A stretch of 45,113 nt of DNA from a virus. The stretch lies in the UHGV virus genome UHGV-0116246. One strand, given 5' to 3'. A program made the position numbers and the translations under genes. The notes below the pieces were generated by a model that did not search any database, was not told the origin of the DNA, and was given only the letters and a program-made list of their open reading frames with translations. This document shows positions 26,310-35,660 of this stretch, piece after piece; the first letter of the stretch is position 1, and each line of letters opens with the position of its first letter.

Positions 26310-27391
26310 GGCTAGTAAATTCAAATATACTATCAGATACTAAGGGGATAACACCAATAGACTTTAGTAGAACTTTGATAGTATCCACTGAAAAGAAAAT
26401 AGATTACCAGACAGTAACAGCAGCTGGAGAAATAACAGGAGCTGTTTCTTCAGATAAAGTTTACAAAAAAGTTGAAGCCTTTTTTGGAGGGTCTAATAGA
26501 GTTGATTCTGTAGACGTAGTTGGAGAAACAAGTTCAGTTTTAACTGATGGAGAGGCTTTAAAAGCATTTCTAGATAAAGTTAAAGCAGAAAATACAGACA
26601 TAGATACATTATTTGCAATGCTTGATAAATATGATGAAACATTGACAAAATCTTTCTGCGAATGGTGTATTGCAAATGGCAAAATACCAGTATATACAAC
26701 AACAGAGGACATTAATATAGATACTGTTGCAGCATTAAGTAAAAGTTTTAATTCCTTGGCAATACCTTTTGATGGTGAAGAAAATTTAGATGCTAAAGTT
26801 TTGGGATTTATGACTACAACAGTTCCTGGATATCTTCCATGGAGTTGGAGAGAAATACAAGGTACAGTTGTTAATAGCAGATTAGCAGCTGACCAACAGA
26901 AACTTCTTGCAGCTAATATAAATTTTATAAATCAAGAGAGAAGAGGACTAAATGTATTAATACCTGGTAAAACATCTTTTGGAGAATTTATAAAAAATGA
27001 ATGGGGTAAAGCAAACATGAATGATGATATGCATATTGCAGTTTGCAACCTATTAAAATCAAACGATCCTTTAGCACACCCAGGAGCTGATTTATCAGCA
27101 GCCAATAGAATTGATCAAGCTGTTTTTTCTGTAATAATAGATTATGCAGGAAGTGACAGAAAGTTTATAGCTACTTGGTCTGAAGCAGAAGTAACAGCAG
27201 GTGAAACAACTAGAAAGGCAGGAGATCCTAAAGGGTGGGCTAGAACTAAAACCACATACACAGTTTCAGACATACAAAATGGTAAATTTGTAGTTGAATG
27301 GGCTGCAATGCCAAGAGGTGAATGCTTGACAGGAGAAATAACAGGACTTTTAACATTTGATATAAATAAAATAACAGAAGGTGAGGCATAA
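26306..27391 (+). CDS. Tail sheath-like protein (DUF3383-type)
   Basis: 361 aa. Immediately upstream of the tube-size protein. Confidence 0.4.
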   Translation: MRLVNSNILSDTKGITPIDFSRTLIVSTEKKIDYQTVTAAGEITGAVSSDKVYKKVEAFFGGSNRVDSVDVVGETSSVLTDGEALKAFLDKVKAENTDIDTLFAMLDKYDETLTKSFCEWCIANGKIPVYTTTEDINIDTVAALSKSFNSLAIPFDGEENLDAKVLGFMTTTVPGYLPWSWREIQGTVVNSRLAADQQKLLAANINFINQERRGLNVLIPGKTSFGEFIKNEWGKANMNDDMHIAVCNLLKSNDPLAHPGADLSAANRIDQAVFSVIIDYAGSDRKFIATWSEAEVTAGETTRKAGDPKGWARTKTTYTVSDIQNGKFVVEWAAMPRGECLTGEITGLLTFDINKITEGEA

Positions 27392-27803
27392 AATGTATGA
27401 TAAAGACAGGGATTTTATAACAATAGATGGAACTGATTTTTCTGGCATACTTGATGGTGATGGAGCTTTCACTACATCAAGATCAGGAGATTCTGTTATA
27501 ACAAGGGTTGATTCTTCTGGTAAACTGATAACTTTTAAAGCTTCAGACAATACAATAACAGGAAGTATAACAGTAAGACCAGACGCAAAAACAGCTCTAA
27601 AAAAACTAAGACAACTTATGAATACTTACAAGTCATTTAAAATAAGTAGAGATAATAGAAATCCAGGAGGAGAAAAAGAAACATATCTTAACTGCTATAT
27701 GGTTAATGATGGAGAAAATGGAAAAAATTCTTCTGGTGAAAAAAATGCAAGAACATTTAATTTTATATGTGAAAGTAAAATAGTTGAGGAGGGTGCATAT
27801 TAA
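27381..27803 (+). CDS. Tail tube protein
   Basis: 140 aa. Position between sheath-like and chaperone. Confidence 0.4.
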   Translation: MRHKMYDKDRDFITIDGTDFSGILDGDGAFTTSRSGDSVITRVDSSGKLITFKASDNTITGSITVRPDAKTALKKLRQLMNTYKSFKISRDNRNPGGEKETYLNCYMVNDGENGKNSSGEKNARTFNFICESKIVEEGAY

Positions 27804-28147
27804 TGAGCAAAGAAAATGAAGAAAAAATATTAGATTTTAAAGATTATACACCAATAAAAATAGAAGATGATTTAGATTATGATGAAGTTGTTCTGGAAGA
27901 TATAAAAGGAACTAAATTTAAATTTAAGTTTAGAAAGCCTAGTACTTCTGAACTTATAAGAGTAAGAAGAGAAGGAACTATATTAAAAGCTGATGATTCA
28001 GGTAAAAAGTTTACAATGTTTGCAATAGAAAAAATGTTTGATATAATTGCAAAAGATTTTGATTGTTTGCCAAAGAACATAACATCAGACATATTGACAG
28101 AGGAATCTGTAAATCTCCTTGTAGATAAATTTTGTAGCAGGGTTTAG
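27803..28147 (+). CDS. Tail assembly chaperone (gpG-like)
   Basis: 114 aa, acidic. Followed by +1 open frame (see next). Confidence 0.5.
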   Translation: MSKENEEKILDFKDYTPIKIEDDLDYDEVVLEDIKGTKFKFKFRKPSTSELIRVRREGTILKADDSGKKFTMFAIEKMFDIIAKDFDCLPKNITSDILTEESVNLLVDKFCSRV

Positions 28148-28322
28148 GTTAGATGAAAAGGGCTGTATAGATTATGAAAGTTATAAATTAACTGATTTTG
28201 AATATATAGCCCATATAATAGCCTATCATTTTCACCTGAACCCTTGGGAAGTTCTAACATGGAATTGTGAGAAGTTATTCAAAACTTACAGTGTTATTCC
28301 TAAAAATAGAACAAAAAAATAA
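28125..28322 (+). other. +1-frame extension (66 open codons) of tail chaperone; candidate programmed frameshift (gpG/GT-like)
   Basis: Frame opens at 28125 and lacks any start codon. Overlaps chaperone end. Candidate slip sites: AAA-TTT-T at 28127-28133 or GTT-TAG-G at the stop. Confidence 0.4.
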
Positions 28323-28338
28323 GAAAATCTGGACATTG

Positions 28339-28362
28339 GCAATTGAATACTGAGGGATAAAA
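28339..28362. repeat. Left 24-bp inverted repeat (GCAATTGAATACTGAGGGATAAAA) bounding accessory cassette
   Basis: Perfect reverse complement of 32109-32132. Confidence 0.8.
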
Positions 28363-28410
28363 TAAGGAAGTAAACTTATTCATTTTTATTATACAAAAGG
28401 AGTGATGTTA

Positions 28411-28989
28411 ATGAGATTAAACCCTGATTGTATAAGAGATATACTAATTAGTTTTAATGATAAAATTGATTTAAGTATACCTTATATAGTAAAAGAGATA
28501 AACTGTAAAGATATTTGTGATAAGTATTCTTCTAAAGAACTCTGTTATCATATGAAGCAATGTTTATATCATGATTTTCTTACTGGAACAGACAAAGGAA
28601 ATTGTATTGAAGTAAAAGGAATTTCTCTAGTAGGTAATGATTTTTTAGCTTATTTTTATGATGAAAAAGATTGGATAGAAATCAATAAAATTGCTGATAA
28701 AGTAGGATCACGTTCTATAGAAACTTTAAAACATATATTCATTCTTAGAAAGATAAAAGAAACAGAAATGAAGAATAGCAAAGGAGGAAAAAAGATGGAA
28801 TACCATTTTTATGATGAAAATTTAGAAAGAAAAGTAGTAACCAAAGAAGAAAGAATAGAACATTTAAAAAATTTATCTAAAAAATTAAGAGAGCAATTAT
28901 TTGAAAAACCAAAAACATTGCTCCCTGACGAAGTAGAATACTTTATTTCTATTTTTAAAGCCGAATTAGAGCATTTGTATAAGAATTAA
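28411..28989 (+). CDS. Hypothetical protein (first gene in cassette)
   Basis: 192 aa from MRLNPDCIRDILISF. AAAAGGAG RBS. Confidence 0.45.
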   Translation: MRLNPDCIRDILISFNDKIDLSIPYIVKEINCKDICDKYSSKELCYHMKQCLYHDFLTGTDKGNCIEVKGISLVGNDFLAYFYDEKDWIEINKIADKVGSRSIETLKHIFILRKIKETEMKNSKGGKKMEYHFYDENLERKVVTKEERIEHLKNLSKKLREQLFEKPKTLLPDEVEYFISIFKAELEHLYKN

Positions 28990-29008
28990 CTCAAATGGAG
29001 GTGGCAAG

Positions 29009-29167
29009 ATGCCAAGAATAAACTTTAAAGAAATAGATGAAATTTCAGAAGAAATAATGAAACTCTTAGAAGAAAGAGGAATTAGATATGAAGAATTTCA
29101 AATGATAGTTGAGTTGTTAGTATTAAAAACTAAACACAAAGAAGATTACACTGTAGATAGGTGGTAG
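29009..29167 (+). CDS. Tiny ORF (52 aa)
   Basis: MPRINFKEIDEISEEIMKLLEERGIRYEEFQMIVELLVLKTKHKEDYTVDRW. GGAGGTG RBS. Confidence 0.3.
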   Translation: MPRINFKEIDEISEEIMKLLEERGIRYEEFQMIVELLVLKTKHKEDYTVDRW

Positions 29168-29179
29168 CAAAACTACCAC

Positions 29180-29374
29180 TTATCCTGAATATTTTTCAAT
29201 ACTAGAAATGAAAAGCTTATTTAAAAGCAATCCTTTTCCAGTATTTTCTTCTACAAGAATGAAATTATTATCAATTTCTTTAATAACTTTACAATAACAA
29301 GGTTTGATACTGTTTTGTTTTTCAAAGTAATAGATAATGACTTTTTCATCTTTTAGAAATTCTACCAAGTTCAT
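29180..29374 (-). CDS. Hypothetical small protein
   Basis: 64 aa. GGAGG RBS. Confidence 0.4.
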   Translation of the reverse strand: MNLVEFLKDEKVIIYYFEKQNSIKPCYCKVIKEIDNNFILVEENTGKGLLLNKLFISSIEKYSG

Positions 29375-29529
29375 ATTTTACCTCCTTGTTATAAAAATGA
29401 GTCGCATTATTATTATAACTTTTTGGAGGGCTAAAATCAAACTTGTATGATTGACAAATTGAATAATATCTTTAAATAGAAGATTTAAAAAACACAACTT
29501 CCCTTTCTCCAAAAAAAATAAAAAAAAGC

Positions 29530-29558
29530 TTGACTTTTTGGGCGTACTAATTTAATAT
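29530..29558 (+). promoter_or_regulatory. Cassette-internal promoter TTGACT-17-TAATAT
   Basis: Upstream of RHH/Rha genes. Confidence 0.45.
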
Positions 29559-29588
29559 TAGTGTAAGGACAAAAAGTGAGGTGATGGA

Positions 29589-29771
29589 ATGAGTCCAAGA
29601 ACTGGTAGACCAAAAGCAGATAATACCAGAAATAAAAAATTAAATATTAGGTTAAGACAAGATGAGTTAGAACTAATTCAGGAATGTGCTAATAAACTTA
29701 ATAAAACTAGAACAGATACGATTATGGAAGGTATTAAATTGCTAAAGGTAGAACTAGACAATAAAAAATAG
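29589..29771 (+). CDS. Ribbon-helix-helix (CopG-like) regulator
   Basis: RTGRPKADNTRNKKLNIRLRQDELELIQECANKLNKTRTDTIMEGIKLL. Confidence 0.55.
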   Translation: MSPRTGRPKADNTRNKKLNIRLRQDELELIQECANKLNKTRTDTIMEGIKLLKVELDNKK

Positions 29772-29881
29772 AGTGTTAATCCACCGACCAAGAATTCTTA
29801 ACACTCTACACACCAATCAGAGATTGATAAATCTATTATATCATTTTTTGATTGGAATATCAATAATTTGGAGATGATATT

Positions 29882-30601
29882 ATGGATGAAATATTAAATT
29901 TAAATTTAGAGTTCGATGAAAATATAGGATATTTTGTTAGTAGTAGAACTTTAGCCGTTGGATTAGGGAAAGAACATAAACATGTGCTTGAAAGCCTTGA
30001 TAACATTAGAAAAAATAATAGAGCCGAAATTTCGACCCTATTAATACAAAGCGAATATAAGGCAAAAAATGGTAAGGTGAATAGAGAATATAAACTCACA
30101 AAAGATGGATTTACTTTATATATGTTCCATATACAAGGCTTTACAGAATTTAAAATGGCATATATAAATAGATTTAATGAAATGGAAAGTTTTATCAAAG
30201 AAGCTCATACCAAGTTAAAAGAAATAAAAATTGATAAAAAGTCTGATTGGTTAATTAATAGAGTAAGAACCAGATTAGACCAAGCTGAATATTTAGAAAA
30301 CCAAATAGCATATCTATTTGAGAAATTAAATGAAATATATTCTAAAGCAGAAATAGAACTAGAAACAAAAACAAAACAGGTAACAAGTAATTTCTGGGAT
30401 TTTAAAACTCCTAGTGATTATGACCCTGCAAAAGAGAAATTACCAGTACTTTATGAAGTTGAAATAGAAAAGGAAAATCTAGAAGAAATGGAAAAACTTG
30501 GAATAAATAAAGATGATGCTTTAAATGACATTGTTGAAAATAAAACTTTAGAAAAAACAGTAAAAATTTTAGGTCAACAAAAACTTACAACTAAAGAATA
30601 A
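29882..30601 (+). CDS. Rha-family phage regulatory protein (second copy, antirepressor-like)
   Basis: YFVSSRTLAVGLGKEHKHVLESLDNI ... YKLTKDGFTLYMFHIQGFTEFKMAYINRFNEME matches Rha family. Confidence 0.6.
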   Translation: MDEILNLNLEFDENIGYFVSSRTLAVGLGKEHKHVLESLDNIRKNNRAEISTLLIQSEYKAKNGKVNREYKLTKDGFTLYMFHIQGFTEFKMAYINRFNEMESFIKEAHTKLKEIKIDKKSDWLINRVRTRLDQAEYLENQIAYLFEKLNEIYSKAEIELETKTKQVTSNFWDFKTPSDYDPAKEKLPVLYEVEIEKENLEEMEKLGINKDDALNDIVENKTLEKTVKILGQQKLTTKE

Positions 30602-30714
30602 AATCATTCCCCTAGTAGAATTACTGGGGGAATACAATTAATAAAACGACTTGACTTTTTAAAATTGTGAAGTAATAATATATTAGACTAAAATTTAAAA
30701 AGGAGAGATTTTAT

Positions 30715-31131
30715 ATGAAAAAATTAATTTTATTTATGGCTTTAGCTTCCATTTTAACAGGGTGCAATCCTATGAAACCTGATGAAATTATATCAGAAAT
30801 CAGCAACCCATTTAAAGAATATAAGGTGATAGAACCTGAAGTGGTTAAAATGTTAGAAGAAAGTATATTAGAAACTGAAATTGAAAATAAAGGTTTAGAA
30901 AAGATAGAAACATCAGCTCATGTTATAAGTTTAAAGAAAACTGGTAATTATGCAACAGGAGAAGTAAAAATATTAGGAAAAATAACTCCTGAAAAATTAG
31001 AAAAGATGAATGAAAAAAGAACTGAAAGAAGAAAAATAAATGGTTTGGTTTCATATGAATGTATTTATGAATATAGTTATACTACTGGTAAAATGATGTG
31101 GACTAGTAATTTTAAATTAAAATATGAATAA
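30715..31131 (+). CDS. Lipoprotein (signal peptide + lipobox LTGC)
   Basis: MKKLILFMALASILTGC. Confidence 0.6.
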   Translation: MKKLILFMALASILTGCNPMKPDEIISEISNPFKEYKVIEPEVVKMLEESILETEIENKGLEKIETSAHVISLKKTGNYATGEVKILGKITPEKLEKMNEKRTERRKINGLVSYECIYEYSYTTGKMMWTSNFKLKYE

Positions 31132-31142
31132 GGAGAGAGCTT

Positions 31143-31472
31143 ATGAGATTTAAAGTTAAATCGGATTTAAGTATTAGTGAAATGTTAATGTACATATTAG
31201 CAATAGTATTCGGCTTTGGTATTTTAGGATTCTTTATTTTTGCTATAATAGAAGTCGGAATTGGACAGAGAATATCAGAATTGTTTTTAATATTTTATGT
31301 AATTGTATTAATAGCATTAACAATATCTTATATTATAAAATTGGCTCTTAATAGTATAACCTTTGGAAGTTTAAAAGAAGAAACTAATATAGAAAAACTC
31401 TTAAAAGAAGTATTAGAAGAACTTAGAGAACTAAAAAATAGTCAAAATAAGGAGAGTTCATATGGGAAATGA
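31143..31472 (+). CDS. Small membrane protein (2 TM + C-terminal coiled coil)
   Basis: Hydrophobic stretches MLMYILAIVFGFGILGFFIFAII and LFLIFYVIVLIALTISYII. Confidence 0.5.
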   Translation: MRFKVKSDLSISEMLMYILAIVFGFGILGFFIFAIIEVGIGQRISELFLIFYVIVLIALTISYIIKLALNSITFGSLKEETNIEKLLKEVLEELRELKNSQNKESSYGK

Positions 31473-32091
31473 AGAATACAACGTTCTTAAATATATTCTT
31501 GGTGGGTTCATTGTCATTTTACTTATTCTCGGAAAAATCGTAATGAATATGACAAAAGATAATAATTCAAAAGTTTCTAAAGTTAATACAGACCCAATGA
31601 ATAACTATCGAAATAATAAATTCTATGATCTCAAAAATGGTGGAATATTTGAAACTTATGTAAAGATTGGAAATTATTTTAGATATGATAAGATTAATCA
31701 AAAGATAATGCTTATATATAGCTATCACAGGGCAGATAAAAAGAAATATGCTGTATATAAATTAAGTGACATTTTAGAATTTGAATATATTGAAAATGGA
31801 ACTTCCCAAGTTAAAGGTGGTTTAGGTAGAGCTTTAGTTGGTGGAGCATTGTTTGGTGGAGTCGGTGCTATTGTAGGAGGAATTACTGGAACAAGGAATA
31901 CAAAAAAAGTTATTAACGAAATGAAGATAAAATTTGTAATTAAAGGCGATATACCAATTGTAGATTATCTTAATTTAAAAAATATATCATCTGTAAAAAG
32001 TGACAGCCAGCAATACAAATTATACATCAAACAACTCAATGAAATATTAGCGATATTAAATTATGCAGAACCTAAAGAAAATATAAAATAA
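31462..32091 (+). CDS. Membrane protein with N-terminal TM and glycine-zipper segment (GGLGRALVGGALFGGVGAIVGGITG)
   Basis: 209 aa. Overlaps upstream gene by 11 nt (coupled). Confidence 0.5.
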   Translation: MGNEEYNVLKYILGGFIVILLILGKIVMNMTKDNNSKVSKVNTDPMNNYRNNKFYDLKNGGIFETYVKIGNYFRYDKINQKIMLIYSYHRADKKKYAVYKLSDILEFEYIENGTSQVKGGLGRALVGGALFGGVGAIVGGITGTRNTKKVINEMKIKFVIKGDIPIVDYLNLKNISSVKSDSQQYKLYIKQLNEILAILNYAEPKENIK

Positions 32092-32108
32092 AAATAATAA
32101 ATATTTTG

Positions 32109-32132
32109 TTTTATCCCTCAGTATTCAATTGC
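32109..32132. repeat. Right 24-bp inverted repeat (TTTTATCCCTCAGTATTCAATTGC) bounding accessory cassette
   Basis: Perfect reverse complement of 28339-28362. Its distal part plus CTGGGGG forms a hairpin followed by ATTTTTTT (terminator-like, 32115-32146). Confidence 0.8.
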
Positions 32133-32173
32133 TGGGGGATTTTTTTATACAAAAATTCAAGAAAGGAGGAGTA

Positions 32174-33982
32174 ATGTCAGGTAAAATTGCAGGATTATTT
32201 TATGAGGTTGATTATAAAGTTAATCAACAAGGGCTTAAAAGAGCAGAAACTGGAATAAAGCAAATCGGAGATAATGCTAAAGGAACTGTTAATCAAATTG
32301 GATTTTTAGATCAAGGAATGGGTAGTTTAATCGGAAAAGCTGCTGGGATAGTAAGTGTTGGATACGCTTTTAAAAAAACAACAGATTTAATAGGACAATC
32401 AGTTGTAGCTTATACAGAGTTCGATGATTCTTTAAGAAAAACAGGTTCTAAATTAAATTTAACTGATGTAGAAATGAAAAGCTTAGCCAACTCAACAAGA
32501 AGTGTAGCATTAGAATTTAATTCTACAGGTAAAGCGGTTTCAGATGCTCAAGAGTATTTAGCATTAGCAGGTTATAATTTAAAAGAAATTCAAGCAGCAA
32601 GTCCAACAGTTGTAGCAGCCCAAAGGGCTACTGGTGAATCTATGCAGCTTGTATCAGATATAGCGACAGATACAGCATCTTCTTATGGTTATATGGCTAA
32701 TGAACTTAATTTTGTAACAGATAGAATGGTATATACTACAACAGCTTTTAATACTAACTTTGCTCAAATGGGTGAAGCTATGAAATATGTTGCTCCAGTT
32801 GCAAAAAATGCAGGTCTAGAGTTTGCTGATTTAAATGCTTACATAGGAGTTGCAGCTAACAGTGGTATAAAAGCAAGTCAAGCAGGGACAGCATTAAGAG
32901 CTATGTTTTTAAGAATACAAGCACCATCAAAAATGGCGGAAAAACAATTAAAAAAATACAATATTCAGTTATATGATAATAAAGGTAAATTCATTGGTGT
33001 AAATAATGCTTTAGCTTTAATGGAAAAGAAAATGGGAACAATGACAGAAAAACAAAAAGCATTTTTTATGCAACAAGTTTTTGGAACAGAAGCAATGTCT
33101 ACAGCTAATATTATATTTAAAGAAGGAATTGATAATATAATAGCTTATGGTGATGCAATAGACGGAGCGACAGGAAAAACAGAAGCTATGGCTAAGTATA
33201 TGGATGCTGGAATAGGTGGAATGTTACGTTCTCTTGATAGTCAAAAAGATGCTATAAAATTGACATTAGGTGAAGCATTTGAGCCTGTAGCCTATGAATT
33301 TGTTAGAATTTTAAGAGATGGAGCTAAAGATTTTAATGAAGTTTTAGAAAATTCAGAAGGGCTAAACAATATAATTAGAGTTGCAATGGGACTGACTGAA
33401 GTTATTGAAGGTATTAAATGGGTAGGACAAAATATTGATTATATAGCAGAAGGTTTAAATTTAGGACCTACATTTAAAGTTGGGAAAGGAATAGCTAATC
33501 TTTGGTGGAAAACTATGAATCCTTTAGGAAGTACTGCAAGTTTTTTGTCAAAAAGAGGAGAGAGAAGATTAATAGAACAAGGTATAGATAGAAGATGGTT
33601 GAGAGAAGATAAAGGTTTGTTGGATAAAAGTGCTACTGAAATGGACAAATATATTGCTGAAAACTTTAATCTGTTTGGAACTTTTTCAGAAACTCCTCTT
33701 AAAGAAAATGAAACTTATTTAAAGATAGGAGATCAAGAAACTAAAATAGATAAAGACCTTTTATCACAACTTACAGCAACAGAAAGAGCAACTTATTTAA
33801 ATCAAACAGAAACTCAAAAAGCTTTAAGATTTAATCCAACAATAACTTTAAATATAAATGGTATTACAAATTTGAATAATGAAGCTGTAGAAAATTTAAA
33901 AGAATCAGTTGCGGAGATTGTAAGAAAAGAATTTGAAAAACAATGGGCTTTAGAAAGAGTTCTAATTGGAGGTGATTATTGA
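32174..33982 (+). CDS. Tail tape measure protein (TP901-family core)
   Basis: Start at MSGKIAG with AAGGAGGAG RBS. ...ASQAGTALRAMFLRIQAPS... core motif, Ala/Gly-rich helical. Confidence 0.8.
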   Translation: MSGKIAGLFYEVDYKVNQQGLKRAETGIKQIGDNAKGTVNQIGFLDQGMGSLIGKAAGIVSVGYAFKKTTDLIGQSVVAYTEFDDSLRKTGSKLNLTDVEMKSLANSTRSVALEFNSTGKAVSDAQEYLALAGYNLKEIQAASPTVVAAQRATGESMQLVSDIATDTASSYGYMANELNFVTDRMVYTTTAFNTNFAQMGEAMKYVAPVAKNAGLEFADLNAYIGVAANSGIKASQAGTALRAMFLRIQAPSKMAEKQLKKYNIQLYDNKGKFIGVNNALALMEKKMGTMTEKQKAFFMQQVFGTEAMSTANIIFKEGIDNIIAYGDAIDGATGKTEAMAKYMDAGIGGMLRSLDSQKDAIKLTLGEAFEPVAYEFVRILRDGAKDFNEVLENSEGLNNIIRVAMGLTEVIEGIKWVGQNIDYIAEGLNLGPTFKVGKGIANLWWKTMNPLGSTASFLSKRGERRLIEQGIDRRWLREDKGLLDKSATEMDKYIAENFNLFGTFSETPLKENETYLKIGDQETKIDKDLLSQLTATERATYLNQTETQKALRFNPTITLNINGITNLNNEAVENLKESVAEIVRKEFEKQWALERVLIGGDY

Positions 33983-33985
33983 TAC

Positions 33986-34846
33986 ATGGTAAAAATAAAA
34001 GGTAGTATATTCTATAATTCATCAATACCACCATCTTTTACAGCCTATTCTCCCAGTGAAATAATGGAAGATAAGACAGTAGCAACAGATAATAACACTC
34101 TTAATCCTGTAGAATTTAATTTTGATGTTTATTACAAGATACAAACAGAGGGAGAAGATCCAAGGGAGAAAAGAAAGTTTCTTGAAGATATTTTCTATAG
34201 TCCTGAAAATCTTGTGACAGTAGAGGACTTACAAGAGGGAATAATATATGAAAATATGATGTTGCAAAAATTAACAGACTGGGAAACTTTTGAAGATGGA
34301 TTTATAGTTAAAATTGGATTTAAGCAAGCTCTATTGACCCAAAAAGCAGAAGCAGGACAGACAGCCGAAGCTAAACAGCAAAGAAATATGAAATACGTAG
34401 AAAAGCCATTAAAAACGGTTACAGTAGGTGGTACTTTTCTACCTGATATGACATTAGGAGCTTTAGAAGGTATGGGAATAAAAACAGATACAAATGGCTT
34501 ATTTAATCTAAAGTGTCTTGACTTTGGAAATTTAGAAAATATAAAAAATAACATATCAGAGAGTATATTAACACCATTAGGAGATAAATTTTTGAACTTT
34601 AATATTTTAGTTGATGGAACATTAGAAATCTTAGATGGAGCAGGGCAATATTTAGCAGCAGGTCAAAACCTTTTAGGAAATGTTGAACTGTTAGCGAATA
34701 TGATACCTGGTGTAGATTTTAGTTTAAAACTGCTTCCAATGACAGAAAAGGCTATTGATGCTTACTTTGATATATTTAGTCTAGGTAAGGACTGGCAAAT
34801 GGTAGTAGGAGAAATAAAAGGAGGGTTAGAACAGCTTGGTAACTAA
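33986..34846 (+). CDS. Tail/baseplate protein (distal tail region)
   Basis: 286 aa. Position after tape measure. Confidence 0.4.
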   Translation: MVKIKGSIFYNSSIPPSFTAYSPSEIMEDKTVATDNNTLNPVEFNFDVYYKIQTEGEDPREKRKFLEDIFYSPENLVTVEDLQEGIIYENMMLQKLTDWETFEDGFIVKIGFKQALLTQKAEAGQTAEAKQQRNMKYVEKPLKTVTVGGTFLPDMTLGALEGMGIKTDTNGLFNLKCLDFGNLENIKNNISESILTPLGDKFLNFNILVDGTLEILDGAGQYLAAGQNLLGNVELLANMIPGVDFSLKLLPMTEKAIDAYFDIFSLGKDWQMVVGEIKGGLEQLGN

Positions 34847-35660
34847 TTTTATTCCAGATGTGGAAATAAGAATAAATGATAAAGTATATACAAACTTTAA
34901 TAATACAATAAGCTTTTCAATTAAAAGAAATTCTAAAATTGAATCTAACACTGCTTTAGTAAATATAAGCTATTTAAATAAGAATACTAAATCTATGCTT
35001 ATAAAATTAGCAGATGTTCCTGAAGGAAAAACACCAGCTAAAATAACAATAATGGCTGGGTATAAAACAGATGCAAAAGGGATAATCTTTTATGGAGAAA
35101 TAGACAAAGCAGAAGAAAATAGCAGTGATGGAGTTGAATTGACTTGCACTGAAGGGAATAGAGGCTGGTCAAGTGAGGTAGTAAATAAAAACTTTGCTCC
35201 TGGAACTTCATTGAAAGAGATAGTGAAAAATATAATGGTATCTAGTAGCTTTGGATTAGGAGTTATAAATTGTAAAGATTATGTATATACTAGAGGATTT
35301 AATGCACAAGGAACTTTAAAATCTGAACTTAGTAAATTAGCTTTACAGGTAAACGCACAAGTTTCTATTAATAAAAATAAGATATTCTTTGTAAAAAAAG
35401 GATATGAAAACCTTACAACAGAGATATCAGCAGACACAGGACTTAAAAGTATTAGAAAGACTAAGAAAGGATATATTTTTGTAACTTATTTGAATAATAT
35501 TTTACAGGAGAATATGAAACTTAAAGTAAAAAAACATGATGGTGAAGTACTAGAAACCACTATAACAGCAGTAGAACATTACTATAGTAGGTTAAAATTT
35601 GAAACTACAATAGAATGTTTTAACTTTGATGATGAATATGAGGAAGATTATTATGACTAA
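34836..35660 (+). CDS. Putative baseplate hub-like protein
   Basis: 274 aa. Position. Confidence 0.3.
   Translation: MVTNFIPDVEIRINDKVYTNFNNTISFSIKRNSKIESNTALVNISYLNKNTKSMLIKLADVPEGKTPAKITIMAGYKTDAKGIIFYGEIDKAEENSSDGVELTCTEGNRGWSSEVVNKNFAPGTSLKEIVKNIMVSSSFGLGVINCKDYVYTRGFNAQGTLKSELSKLALQVNAQVSINKNKIFFVKKGYENLTTEISADTGLKSIRKTKKGYIFVTYLNNILQENMKLKVKKHDGEVLETTITAVEHYYSRLKFETTIECFNFDDEYEEDYYD

Noticed and set aside
28125-28147. -1 frameshift for the chaperone, the usual gpG/GT direction
   Set aside because: The -1 frame hits a stop (TTG TAG) immediately. Only the +1 frame is open.
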